DNA of 64,000 nt from an uncultured Planctomycetaceae bacterium (GTDB lineage: Bacteria; Planctomycetota; Planctomycetia; Planctomycetales; Planctomycetaceae), in assembly GCA_963815195.1 (NCBI GenBank), contig CAWFGE010000012.1:992001-1056000 (forward strand), read 5' to 3'. Below are positions 28,549-38,672 of this stretch, one piece after another. Both the position numbers and the translations under genes were made by a program. The notes beneath the pieces were generated by a model. That model was not told the DNA's origin, ran no database searches, and saw only the letters and a program-made list of their open reading frames with translations. How positions within the stretch are numbered: the first letter of the stretch is position 1; every line of letters begins with the position of its first letter.

Positions 28549-28579
28549 AGGACGCCCCGAGTCGGGGCGTCCTTTCGTT
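28549..28579 (+). terminator. Probable terminator after the HARE-HTH pair
   Basis: AGGACGCCCCG/CGGGGCGTCCT hairpin followed by TTCGTT. Confidence 0.6.
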
Positions 28580-28741
28580 GGTGGCGTTCCCGGCCAGTGC
28601 TTGCCGTTGACCGCAAGAGAGATATGCTAAATCGCTTGAAGCATTCGATCCCACGTGATCCGCGACGCAGAATGCTGTAGCATTAAAAGGTTCTCGAATC
28701 TCGGCCCTATGAACAGCAACTGAAAAAAAGCGGAGGTGGTC

Positions 28742-29848
28742 ATGCCAATCGAAGTAGCGCTTTGGCGAATGGGTGACAAACTGACCCAGGTCCAATTCTC
28801 GCCGATGGAAACAGAAAGTCTTCTCGAGGACATAATTGCCCAAGACATAACAATTATCGATCCCAATTTGCTTCTCATCGGGCGGCAAGTTCCAACGACC
28901 TTTGGAACATTTGCGGATTTGCTGGCACTTGATTCTGACGGCAACTGCGTCGTCATCGAACTTAAGCGCGATCGCACACCACGTGAGGTCGTCGCCCAGT
29001 TGCTGGATTATGGGTCCTGGGTTCGATCGCTTGAAGACGATGATCTTGCCACCGTTTTTGAAAACTTCATCAAGAAATATTACCCGAAATACTCGGATAC
29101 CTCTTTGGACCAAGCGTTTTGCGAGAAATTCAATGTTCAAGAGACACCCGATGTCTTGAATGAGTCGCACAAGCTCGTCGTCGTGGCAGCCAAACTTGAC
29201 GACTCCACCGAACGCATCATTACTTACCTCGCTGAAGAGTACGGTGTACCAATCAATGCCGTATTCTTCCGATTCTTTCGCGACGAAGATCGCGAGTACT
29301 TGAGTCGGGCTTGGTTGATTGATCCGAGTGATATTGAAGCGAAGGTGGTGGAAAAGCGCGAGAAACTGCCGTGGAACGGCGAATTCTATGTTTCCTATGG
29401 CGGCGATCCGAATCGGGACTGGGAAGAGGCTCGAAAGTTCGGATTCTTCTCTGCTGGCGGAGGCTCCTGGTACACAAAAACGCTCGGAATGTTGGAGCCA
29501 AATTCGCGTATCTGGGTGAATATGCCGGGAGGAATTGGTTACGTTGGCGTGGGCAAAGTTGTGGAGGGAGCCGTGCCCATCGATGACTTCTTGGTCGATG
29601 ATGGTAATGGAAATCAAGTTGCGCTTCGACAACTTCCCGTGAAAGCCGCGAACCTTACAACTCAGGCACAGGATCCGGAGAAGGCTGAGCACGTAGTGCG
29701 TGTTGAATGGATTAAAACCGTACCGGTTCATGAGGCAATTCGTGAGAAGGGTTTTTTCGGAAACCAAAACTCCGCCGCAAGGCCTCGCTCAAAAGCGTGG
29801 ATACATACAATTGATCGGCTAAAGACAAAATTCGGAATCAAGGACTGA
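28742..29848 (+). CDS. NucS/DUF91-like PD-(D/E)XK endonuclease domain protein
   Basis: LIGRQV...ADLLALDSDGNCVVIELKR...QLLDY; visibly lower GC than flanks. Confidence 0.8.
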   Translation: MPIEVALWRMGDKLTQVQFSPMETESLLEDIIAQDITIIDPNLLLIGRQVPTTFGTFADLLALDSDGNCVVIELKRDRTPREVVAQLLDYGSWVRSLEDDDLATVFENFIKKYYPKYSDTSLDQAFCEKFNVQETPDVLNESHKLVVVAAKLDDSTERIITYLAEEYGVPINAVFFRFFRDEDREYLSRAWLIDPSDIEAKVVEKREKLPWNGEFYVSYGGDPNRDWEEARKFGFFSAGGGSWYTKTLGMLEPNSRIWVNMPGGIGYVGVGKVVEGAVPIDDFLVDDGNGNQVALRQLPVKAANLTTQAQDPEKAEHVVRVEWIKTVPVHEAIREKGFFGNQNSAARPRSKAWIHTIDRLKTKFGIKD

Positions 29849-29930
29849 GAAGACCCTTTCCCCGTGTGGCACGCCCCCGACGCCCCACGTTCGCCACGTC
29901 GGCGCGTTCTCTCGTTGGTCGCGTTTTGGT

Positions 29931-30302
29931 TCAAGACGCCCCCTCCTTGGCCACACGGCCCAACGTCACGCCAAGTTCCGCGTCCGGATTCCAATACCCG
30001 GTGGGAATCCCGAGTTCGGCGGCAATTTGGATTTCCGCTTGCACGCCGACGCTCTCCCGCCAGCCATCGAGCATTAGCACGACAATCTGATCGCACCGCT
30101 CAAGCAGCACTCGGTCCTGGCGTTCCCAAAATTCCCATTTCGTCGGCAGGCCGAAGAGGGAGATCGGATGCGTATGGGCCACGGGAGAAAACACCACATT
30201 GCCCGACCGCATAAGATGTGCTGCGGCTTGGCAGGCGGCACAGAACCGCCAGGCGCGAATCTCCAAACTGGGATCTGTGTACGGACTCGATAAATAGATC
30301 AC
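29931..30302 (-). CDS. DUF1937-like (nucleoside deoxyribosyltransferase fold) protein
   Basis: IYLSSPY, VFSPVAHTH, W..QD..LLERCD, GWRESVGVQAEI; own GGAGG RBS and GTG, but in frame with the methylase C-terminus in this assembly. Confidence 0.7.
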   Translation of the reverse strand: MIYLSSPYTDPSLEIRAWRFCAACQAAAHLMRSGNVVFSPVAHTHPISLFGLPTKWEFWERQDRVLLERCDQIVVLMLDGWRESVGVQAEIQIAAELGIPTGYWNPDAELGVTLGRVAKEGAS

Positions 30303-31621
30303 GACGCCACCTCCTGCGGATGCGGGAATCCGTTCGGCTTTTTCCCCAGTGAACTTCTCCCAGCGCTCGACGATCACATCGCAATACGGCGGGTCGAGTT
30401 CCATCAGAAAGGCCTTACGCCCCGTCTGCTGGCAACCCATCAGCGTGGAACCCGAGCCGCCGAAGAGATCGAGGACATTCTCGTCGGGACGCGAGGAATA
30501 CTGGATCGCCCGCACCGCGAGTTCGACCGGCTTCTCGGTCAAATGGATCATCGACTGTGGGTTGACCTTCTTGACCGACCAGACATCGGTCGCGTTATTT
30601 GGCCCGAGGAATTGGTGGGCCGCCCCTTCCCGCCAACCGTAGAAGCACCATTCGTGATTTCCCATAAAATCTTTTCGCGTGAGGACGGGATGTTCTTTTA
30701 CCCAGATCACCGCTTGTGAAAAGTAAAGCCCCATCGCCTTAAGCACCGGCGGGTAATTGGCGCAGTTGGCATAGCCGCCCCAGATATAGAACCCTCTTCC
30801 TGGCAGCAGCACGCGGGCGATGTTGCCGAACCATGCGAGCAGCAAACGATCGAACTCATCGTCTGTCACGAAGTCATTCGCCAGAGGACGGTCTTTGGCC
30901 CGCATCTTTTTGTGCGTCGCTTTTGCCTTTTCCGGATGCCGCTCAAGGTCGAATTTCTGGTGGTGCTTGTTGGGATTGGAAAAGCTACTGTTGCCGGCGG
31001 CGATGGCGTTGTTGCTTCGCGGTTCGACCTTCACATTGTAAGGCGGATCGTGTTGAACAGAGATGAATGTCCGCGCCGTCGAGCAGCCGGTCCACATGAT
31101 CCGGATTGCTGCTGTCCCCGCAGAGCAAGCGATGGTCGCCAAGAATCCACAGATCGCCCGGTTGCGTGATCGCCTCGTCGGGCGGCTCGGGTACGTCATC
31201 GGGATCCGTGAGTCCTTCCTCCAACTCGCCGCCGATCAATTTGGCGAGTTCATCCTGGTCGAAACCCAACAGCCCGAGGTCGAAGTTCGCGGCTTGCGAG
31301 TTCGCCGAGTTCGATCGGCAGCAGGTCGTAATCCCACTCGGCAAGCGACGCCGTTTGGTTGTCCGCAATGCGATAAGCTTCGATCTGCTCCGGCGTCAAA
31401 TCTTTCGCGACATGGACCGGCACTTTTTCCAGGCCCAGCTTTTTCGCCGCCTTCCAACGGGTGTGTCCGCAGATGATCACGCCCTCGGAATCCACCACAA
31501 TCGGCTGGCGGAATCCAAACTCCCGCAGAGACGCGGCAACAGCATCCACCGCATCATCATTCAGCCGGGGATTGTTTTCATAGGGTTTGATCCGCGCGAG
31601 GGGCCATTGCTCGATCTTCAT
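30299..31621 (-). CDS. ParB N-terminal domain + N6/N4 DNA methyltransferase, apparent frameshifts (~31295, ~31065)
   Basis: PYENNPR...FGFRQPIVVD...GHTRWKAA; HRLLCGDS; DPPY; EKPVEL; LDLFGGSGST. Confidence 0.85.
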
Positions 31622-31804
31622 GGAGACGCACCTTTGCACTGGGAATGTGCTGGTGGCTCCGAGATGCGGAGTGCGGCCCCGGCGATCCAAGGCGGCGGGC
31701 AGGTCTACCAGAAATGATCTGCCACTAAAGCATGGGTGTTGTTTTTCGGAACGAGTAACCTGTTTTACGACAAATCAATCGGAATCCGCGAATTGGGCAA
31801 AAGG

Positions 31805-33148
31805 TTACTTTTCGCTGGTCGCTGCAATTGCCCTTTCAAGTAGCAAGTTGGTTAACGGAAGTGTGTTGCCGTCTCGCGCTCTGGGCTCCCTTAGTTTCCG
31901 TTGTTGTGATCGGACAGTCGCCAGATCATCGTCTGACTCGTAGTACCGGCGATTCAATGCGAGATCCCATTCAAAGGGGTGTTTGTGCAGAAAATCCAAA
32001 CAACGCCGCACAATTCGTTTTTCGCCTCTTGCCTCTGCATGTGCGAACAAAAACTGGCGCACATTGCCGTATTCCGCCCTTTTAGAGACGTTCGATACCT
32101 GGAACTTCGATTGAACTTTATCTAATACATCAACCGCCCGGTTGGCCAGTTTTGAATCACCCGAGTTAGCTGCAGTCGATGCGAGTAAAAATGCCGCCCT
32201 CACCTGGAGTGGCTTCCAGCGCTCGGGGAATTCGAGAACTTTGTGGACAAGGGAAATTGATGCAGGGAACTTTTGAATGAAGATACGCCAGGGGTTCAAC
32301 TCCCTCCACGTGAATGAGGGCATCTCGTAAGGCACCCTATCAGCACAATAGGCGTCCATAGCTTGGACAAAGCGAGAGAATTCCCTCTGTTCGTCTGAAA
32401 CAAGAGTGGAGGATGGTACCTTCTGCAAGGCCGCGAGCCACTTTTGAAGCTTGGGGTGCTGAGATGGACTCCAAACCGAGTTATTGCTGCTTGACCATAG
32501 ATCGCGGAGGAATTCGTACATGCTCTGATCTGAAACAGGTCCATGCACGCTGGCTGCCTCGGCCAAGGCAGACTTTGGCACTTCAATTTTGCTCAAACGT
32601 CCGAACCTTGAATAGAGGTCTACTCCGTCAATGGGAAGTTGAGCGGTCTCGCTTGTCTGCCAGATCGCATCCAATTTTTTTCTGACTCTGCGTCCTTCCG
32701 AGAGCATAGCTGCACGAAAATTTTCCGCATCGCCGGAAACAGTTGTAAATTCGCTAAGACCAATCGTTAGCGGTTTGGTCCTCCCTTTCCAATCAGGATG
32801 ATTCAACATCCATCTAAAGAATGGCAAGAATCGATAGATGACAGGGTCTTCAAGAACTGATGGCAGAGTCAGATGGAGAAGTATGACCGGGGTTCTTTCA
32901 GACAATTGTCCCCATTCGTGAAGGTGGCCTGGTTGGACAGGCCCAAATTTGCGACCTGACTTCACCTGAAAAGAGAAGTTAACATACTCCCGGCGTGTGC
33001 CAGATGTCGTTAACTCATATCTCCCGGTTATATCAATTCCTGAATCAAGTTCTGGGGTGGCAATGTCCTTTATGCCAACTCTCTGGTGCAGAAACTGGGA
33101 GGCGGCGTTTTCAGCCGCTTTACCCATTTTTCGGGATTTCGGACCCAT
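31805..33148 (-). CDS. Orphan protein with N-terminal DUF4365-like PD-(D/E)XK nuclease fold
   Basis: GKAAE...DSGIDITG...FSFQVKSG...W...PVILL; lower GC; GGAGG RBS. Confidence 0.55.
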   Translation of the reverse strand: MGPKSRKMGKAAENAASQFLHQRVGIKDIATPELDSGIDITGRYELTTSGTRREYVNFSFQVKSGRKFGPVQPGHLHEWGQLSERTPVILLHLTLPSVLEDPVIYRFLPFFRWMLNHPDWKGRTKPLTIGLSEFTTVSGDAENFRAAMLSEGRRVRKKLDAIWQTSETAQLPIDGVDLYSRFGRLSKIEVPKSALAEAASVHGPVSDQSMYEFLRDLWSSSNNSVWSPSQHPKLQKWLAALQKVPSSTLVSDEQREFSRFVQAMDAYCADRVPYEMPSFTWRELNPWRIFIQKFPASISLVHKVLEFPERWKPLQVRAAFLLASTAANSGDSKLANRAVDVLDKVQSKFQVSNVSKRAEYGNVRQFLFAHAEARGEKRIVRRCLDFLHKHPFEWDLALNRRYYESDDDLATVRSQQRKLREPRARDGNTLPLTNLLLERAIAATSEK

Positions 33149-33197
33149 CGCACCCTCCCCAAAAGGATTAAAAGGACATCTATTCAGGATATAAGGA

Positions 33198-33449
33198 TTA
33201 TCTTTGGCTGGCAAGATCCTGCTTTACCTTATGACATGGCTCATCGGCTAAGAAAGTCGCACCAGGGGGAGCCGTAATCGCAATCCGCCCGCGTCGACCC
33301 TTCCGCCCCACCAGCCGTACCGTGATCTGTATTCCGCCAACCTCAACGATGCGCGACTGGCCCTCGGAGTACCACTCGATCGACGTTGACGACGTTGGCC
33401 GTTCACAGTTGGTGGATGTCTGATCCATCGAGATCTCGTTTAGACTCAT
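33198..33449 (-). CDS. CsrA-like small protein
   Basis: GQSRIVEVGGIQITVRLVGRKGRRGRIAITAPP resembles the CsrA beta-strand pattern. Confidence 0.45.
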   Translation of the reverse strand: MSLNEISMDQTSTNCERPTSSTSIEWYSEGQSRIVEVGGIQITVRLVGRKGRRGRIAITAPPGATFLADEPCHKVKQDLASQR

Positions 33450-33896
33450 ATGTTTACCCTTAGGTTTTCGGTCGGACAAAGAAAACAAACTCTGCTTTGA
33501 ATTGCGTCTGTTCCCACGGGCGTCGGGAAGAAAATCCCGCCGGGAAGGAACCATGCGGGCCTGGAGGACGCGTTTTCGGGGTGGTTGGCCCCACGGTGGG
33601 CCAGGGCGTTGGGTTGGCCACGCGTCGACCTTTGCCGAGAGAACGCGACAGGCGCAAACGTGAGCGACGTGCGGGGAAGCGGGGCTAGGCATCTGAACCT
33701 CCCGCGTGGACGAGCGCGAGAATCCCAGCCTTAATAGGGTCAGAAAGATGGTCCCAGGCGGCGACAACGCGGGCCAAATCCGGGGGAAGAATCGTGCCGG
33801 AATCGGCAGCGTGCGGGCTCGGCACCATAGTGGGCACCTTGCCCCCGTCGTCTCGACGTAACTCTTGGTCTAATTCGTCGTTACGCGAATTGTCCT

Positions 33897-33956
33897 CCGG
33901 TCTTGAAAACCGGCGTGGCGTCACAACCACCGGGGGTTCGAATCCCCCCCTCTCCG
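33897..33956 (+). repeat. att site: exact copy of tRNA-Ser 3' 60 nt
   Basis: Identical to 18858-18917. Confidence 0.95.
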
Positions 33957-34054
33957 CTCTTGACATAACGGGGGTAAAGCCTTGTGGCATGCCAGAGAGC
34001 CGAAGAAAGCGGCAAAACCGCCACCAACAAAACTTGCAACATATGTAGGCGGCA

Positions 34055-34192
34055 CTACTCCGCCAGCGTCGGAAAGCCCGCCACAGCATCGGCAAGCTCC
34101 GCAAACTCTCGCGTCGTGTACCGATCCAAGAGAACACCCGACGAAGCCCTCGCAAGCTTTCTAGCCAGTCTTTCCGAGACACCCGCCCGATC
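34055..34192 (-). pseudogene. C-terminal remnant of a tyrosine integrase
   Basis: DRAGVSERLARKLARASSGVLLDRYTTREFAELADAVAGFPTL aligns with island-1 Int GRSGATIKEAMELARHTTPQMTMRYMHANIYDLASAVNRLPSL; same orientation, next to att. Confidence 0.65.
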
Positions 34193-34194
34193 AA

Positions 34195-34560
34195 CGAGCG
34201 CCAGCGGCACTGCGGCCGACGAGGGCGGAGGTGGGATCTTCAACACCACCGGCGGCACCGTCAGTCTTTCCACCAGCAGGTTGGGTTACAACACCGTCGC
34301 CAGCAACGGCGGCGGGATTCTCAACCACGGCACGATGACCATCACGATTACCCTCATTCCAGAGAACGACGGCGTGGCCGAGAAGCTTGAGACGTTCAAG
34401 GTGTGGCTGGAAACGTCCCCTGATGACAGCTATTCAATTCCCAAATCGTCGCAGGAACTTAAGGACAGCGGCAAGAACGTGGGCGACGCGGGTGCGTATC
34501 GTCTCTTTCCGCAGGTGCTTGACGGCGTCACGCTCTTCGGACCAAACAACAAAATACCGC
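34195..34560 (+). pseudogene. Fragments of large surface-protein repeats
   Basis: GGGGIFNTTGGTVSL...NGGGILNHGTMT then PENDGVAEKLETFKVWL (Calx-beta-like); no credible start. Confidence 0.45.
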
Positions 34561-34651
34561 TGAATGGCGTGTCAATGATCGTTGATTATGGCTCCTGTCC
34601 GCGGCTATGACAATTCTCTCCAGTCGAACCATCACTTTTAAGGAAACCGAG

Positions 34652-35350
34652 ATGTTGCGAAAACTCTTCTTTTCAGTCGGATTGTGTTCCGCCCTGTTTG
34701 GTTTCTTGGCGGTTGCCGAAGAGGCGGCCCAACCCGCCGAGGAATTGGAAACGCTGATGTGCGAGCGAGGCAAGCTGCTGCTCAGCGACAATTTCAACAA
34801 GGGACCGGCCAAAGCCTGGCGGGTTCTCAAGGGAAAATGGGAAACGGCGGACGGTGCCACGCGCGGGGCCGAGTTGAAGGCCGACATGCACGGCGCCGTG
34901 ATTCGCGCCAACCTGCCGTTTCGCAACGCGGTGATTCAGTATTCCTTCATGCTCCAGGGAGCAAAGACGACCACCTTCAGCATTAACGACGCAAAGGGGC
35001 ATAATTCCCGCGTGGTCATCAACGCCGGCGGCTTCACGGCTCGAAAAGACGATCACGATCATGCCGGGCCGGACCAGGCGGTCGTTTTGCAACGGGTCAA
35101 GCGGCCGATTTCAGAAGGTCGATGGCATACGCTGGTAATCGAAGTCAACGGCCCCGAGTTCCTGGCCCGATTGGATGAAAAGCCGATCGCTTTTGGATCG
35201 CACCCGGCAATCGACGTCGACAAGACCAACGTCGGCCTGACGGTTGGCGGCGAATCGGTTTCATTCAAGAATCTCCGCGTTTGGGAAGCTTCGCCCAAAC
35301 CGGGATGGCCCGAAGCAAAAGCGAATCTCCTGCCCCAGCAAAAAAAGTGA
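34652..35350 (+). CDS. Secreted ConA/LamG-like (DUF1080-like) domain protein
   Basis: Signal peptide; GKLLLSDNF, GRWHTLVIEVNG, SFKNLRVW; AAGGA RBS. Confidence 0.7.
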   Translation: MLRKLFFSVGLCSALFGFLAVAEEAAQPAEELETLMCERGKLLLSDNFNKGPAKAWRVLKGKWETADGATRGAELKADMHGAVIRANLPFRNAVIQYSFMLQGAKTTTFSINDAKGHNSRVVINAGGFTARKDDHDHAGPDQAVVLQRVKRPISEGRWHTLVIEVNGPEFLARLDEKPIAFGSHPAIDVDKTNVGLTVGGESVSFKNLRVWEASPKPGWPEAKANLLPQQKK

Positions 35351-35535
35351 GGAACTCGAAGCGGGCCGACGACGCCCCCCCGAACTTTGTCCGTCAAAAA
35401 CAATCGGAAGATCGCCCCATCCGTCGGGCTGGCCAACCGAACGCGACACCGCCCAACGTCAAGCCACGTGCGGCAAATCCGTGCGATTATACTTTCCATT
35501 GAGAGGTTGAGGTTCGTCCAAAGCCATCTCGCGGA

Positions 35536-36402
35536 CTAAACTAGCCGAGCCAGCCGCTCCGGCAGCGGGGATTCAAACCGGCAGAGTTCTCCAGAAACCG
35601 GGTGCGGGAAATGCAAAGAAGTCGCGTGCAAGGCGAGCCTCCCCACGAGGTCAGTGACGGCTCCATATTTTTTGTCACCAACGATCGGACAGCCAGCCTC
35701 TGCAAGCTGAACGCGAATCTGATTCCGCCGGCCCGTCTCCAGTTTCAATTCGATCAAGGTGTGGTTCGCGGTTCGCTTAACCGCGTGGTAATGGGTGATG
35801 GCCAGACGTGTTTGGGGACTCGGCGGAGCCTTTTGCACTTTAAAGGGCCGGCTCTCATCCAGATACGTCCTGAAAATGCCCAGCTCGGCAGGGGGATGAC
35901 CTTCCACAACAGCCTGGTAGCGTTTGTCGGTCAGATTCCAGTTGGTCTGGAGCGTTCGCTTGGCCGCCTTCGTCTTGGCAAACACCATCAAGCCTGAAGT
36001 CTCGCGATCTAACCGATGGACAATCCACACTCGCTCACGGCTTTGCACGTGACCGCTTTTGACGTAGTTCATGAGCAAAGCATGGGCCGTCTTCTCTCGT
36101 TCCGACTCGCTGCCCATGCTCAGGAGATTTGTTGGTTTCTCAATCACAATCAGCGAGGAATCCTCGAACACGACCTCGAGGCCCTGGGGAAGTCGTCCCA
36201 AATTCCGCCTCTCGCCTGAAGAAAGGGAAACCTCGTCCCCCGGCTTGAGCGGATAGTTGAACTGGGTGAGAGATCGGCCATTGACTTGAACCGCCCCGTG
36301 TTTCAGCCACTGACGCAGCTTGGTTTTCTTTACGTCGGGGCATTTGGCAAAAACAAAGGCTAAGAGTTCCGCAGGGTCTTCGACACGAAAAGAGACGGGC
36401 AT
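35536..36402 (-). CDS. RluA-family pseudouridine synthase with S4 domain
   Basis: VHRLDRETSGL, LETGRRNQIRVQL, PIVGDKKYG, LALHA. Confidence 0.92.
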   Translation of the reverse strand: MPVSFRVEDPAELLAFVFAKCPDVKKTKLRQWLKHGAVQVNGRSLTQFNYPLKPGDEVSLSSGERRNLGRLPQGLEVVFEDSSLIVIEKPTNLLSMGSESEREKTAHALLMNYVKSGHVQSRERVWIVHRLDRETSGLMVFAKTKAAKRTLQTNWNLTDKRYQAVVEGHPPAELGIFRTYLDESRPFKVQKAPPSPQTRLAITHYHAVKRTANHTLIELKLETGRRNQIRVQLAEAGCPIVGDKKYGAVTDLVGRLALHATSLHFPHPVSGELCRFESPLPERLARLV

Positions 36403-36639
36403 GATGGGGTGTGTTAACCGAGGAAATGTTTGGCGATCCTTTCCCGATACTCATACCCGACCTGGACATTGGGCCGCAAGTGAGGATGGACAAACTGAAG
36501 CAGTCCGTGGGTCGCTTATCCCGACACGGCCGCAGCAGCAAATTTTCCGAACCGCAGATGGGCAAACAGGTGGAGATGAATGCAAAAATGGTAGCCGATT
36601 TAGCGGACCGACGCCCCCCAAACCTGCACCCGTTGGCCG

Positions 36640-37390
36640 TCAATATTCACCGTCCCACAACTTTTCCCGGCAAGTCCTCAGCAGCAGGTTTTTCCACAGT
36701 TGCAGGTTGGCAAATTGCTCCTCGTCGGTCAGGAACAGTCGAAAGATGGATCGGGACGCGACCAGGATCATTTTTCGCTTGGCCCGGCTGAGGGCCACCG
36801 TCAGGCGGCGGGGATCTAACAGAAACCCGCTGGTCGCTAACAGATATGCCTGGTCACTTTCGGTGGCGCTGACGAGGATCACGTTGCGTTCGCCGCCCTG
36901 GAAACGTTCGACCGTGTCCACCGCGGAACGGATCAAGGTGCCGGTGATGGCATCCCATTCATTGAGTTCAGGAAATGCTTGCTGCAAGGCGACCCGCTGG
37001 GCCCGGTGAGGAACTACGATTCCCAGGCCGGTTTTGTGATCCATGCCATAGGCTTTCGGATCGGCCAATAGACGAATCAGAGGCTCAATCAGCCGCTGCT
37101 CGAATTCGTTCCGCATTTGGCTTCCGGCCTCATCGTGCACTACCACGGTCAACGGATGTTGCGGCGAGAGCACCGCCGCAAGGAATCCTTCGGGGTGATC
37201 ATGGTCCGGAATCAATTCGCACTTCTGCGAAAAGTATTCGATCCCGTCGTGGCGATAGATCTCCTGCCGCAAGAACTCGGCCATCGTGTGATGCAGCCGA
37301 AAACTTTCAGCGAACTGGATTAGCGGCACGTCAGAGTTCAAAGAGTAATCCTGCGACAGAGTAGGCTCGTTACCAACGGCCGCCGTCTGC
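36640..37390 (-). pseudogene. C-terminal fragment of a Upf1-like SF1 helicase
   Basis: GIVVPHRAQ, VDTVERFQGGE, RRLTVALSRAK present; Walker A/B part absent. Confidence 0.7.
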
Positions 37391-37451
37391 AGAATCAATG
37401 CGGCGGCGGTCGTTCATCGTAAGGGCTTGGCACAACAACAGGAGAGAGCGC

Positions 37452-37793
37452 ATGTGGTGGGCAATTTGTAAAACCTTGATCGCCGCGGCGATCATTTCCG
37501 CCGTTTCGGAGGTCGGAACCCGTTATCCCCGGCTCGGCGGATTGCTGCTCACCTTGCCGATCGTGAGCATCCTGGCCTTTATCTTCACCTGGACCGGCCA
37601 GCGAGATTTGACCGCGATTTCCCGGCTGGCCCGCGAAACCCTCATCCTCGTGCCGTTGGGCTTGCCTTTCTTCCTGCCCCTGGCATTCGCCGATCGATTG
37701 GGACTGAACTTCTGGCCCGCCTTTGCCAGCGGCATTCTCTTGGCGTCCCTCACAATCGGCCTTTGGTTCTGGCTGGGACCGCAAAAACTGTAA
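37452..37793 (+). CDS. DUF3147-like small membrane protein
   Basis: KTLIAAAIISAVSEV...GGLLLTLPIVSILA; four hydrophobic segments. Confidence 0.7.
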   Translation: MWWAICKTLIAAAIISAVSEVGTRYPRLGGLLLTLPIVSILAFIFTWTGQRDLTAISRLARETLILVPLGLPFFLPLAFADRLGLNFWPAFASGILLASLTIGLWFWLGPQKL

Positions 37794-38154
37794 GCCCCCA
37801 GTATGTGGATGCCTTGGACCGTGGAATTGACCGGCAATTTCGCCAATACGAACGTGCCGCTGATTGTCGGCGACGGCAGCAGCCTGATCGGCGCGGCCTC
37901 GCTCACGAGCCTCACCACGCAAGACGGGGCGGCGGTGGTTAATGAAATCCACGAGTTCACCGTCGCCAAAACCGCCACAGTGTCCATTTTACAGTGTCCA
38001 TTTTGTTGCATGAAAGTGAGGTGACCAAAAGTTGCAGACGCACGGAAAAAGGTTTGTTCATTTTTGCTCCCGATTTTCGGGTGGGACGGTTTGAAAACGC
38101 CCGGCGGGAAAAGCCCGCCAGGCTTGATGTTTCTTTTGCAACCCTCGACTGGGA

Positions 38155-38607
38155 TTACGGAGACTGTGACTTGAGCGAGGCCGCGTAGAGGGCGTTGACT
38201 TTGCTCAAGTAGGTCTTGGGGTCCGCTGCGATCTTTTTCGTGCAGGGCGGGCAGCAGACGAAGATGATCTGCCCTTTGGTAATCGTCCACTTGGGATTTT
38301 TCGGCAGGGGCCTATTCATCACCGGGCACTTCGCCTGGGCTTTGGCGAAGTGGGCGTGAATCGTCGCCCAGTGCTTGGGATCGACTTTGCCCTTGAGGCA
38401 ACTCTGGCAGCACAGGTAAACCTCTTCCTGGCCGATTTTGGCCTTGATGGGTTGACCGTGATCGCCAAGTTTCTGGCCGGACACGGGGCAGATTTCCTGT
38501 ACAGCGATTCGCACCTGTTCGGGCGATTTCGGCTCCTCGGCAACGGCCAAAGCACCGATACCCAAAACGAGCGCGATCGCCGCCAGCACTCCATTGCAGT
38601 TCTTCAT
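38155..38607 (-). CDS. Secreted tandem YHS/TRASH-like metal-binding protein
   Basis: Signal peptide; CPVSG...CCQSC and CPVMN...CCPPC. Confidence 0.8.
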   Translation of the reverse strand: MKNCNGVLAAIALVLGIGALAVAEEPKSPEQVRIAVQEICPVSGQKLGDHGQPIKAKIGQEEVYLCCQSCLKGKVDPKHWATIHAHFAKAQAKCPVMNRPLPKNPKWTITKGQIIFVCCPPCTKKIAADPKTYLSKVNALYAASLKSQSP

Positions 38608-38672
38608 GCGTTTCTCCTTTCTTCGGTCAACAGAATCGAACACGACCATACGTGTTTCCCATAACGTGACCT

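Noticed and set aside
27398..29767. 789-aa minus-strand ORF
   Set aside because: Antisense to the HARE-HTH and nuclease genes, which have RBSs and recognisable motifs
33897..33956. Extra tRNA genes here and at 46216-46277
   Set aside because: Both lack the 5' acceptor strand and D arm; they are att duplications
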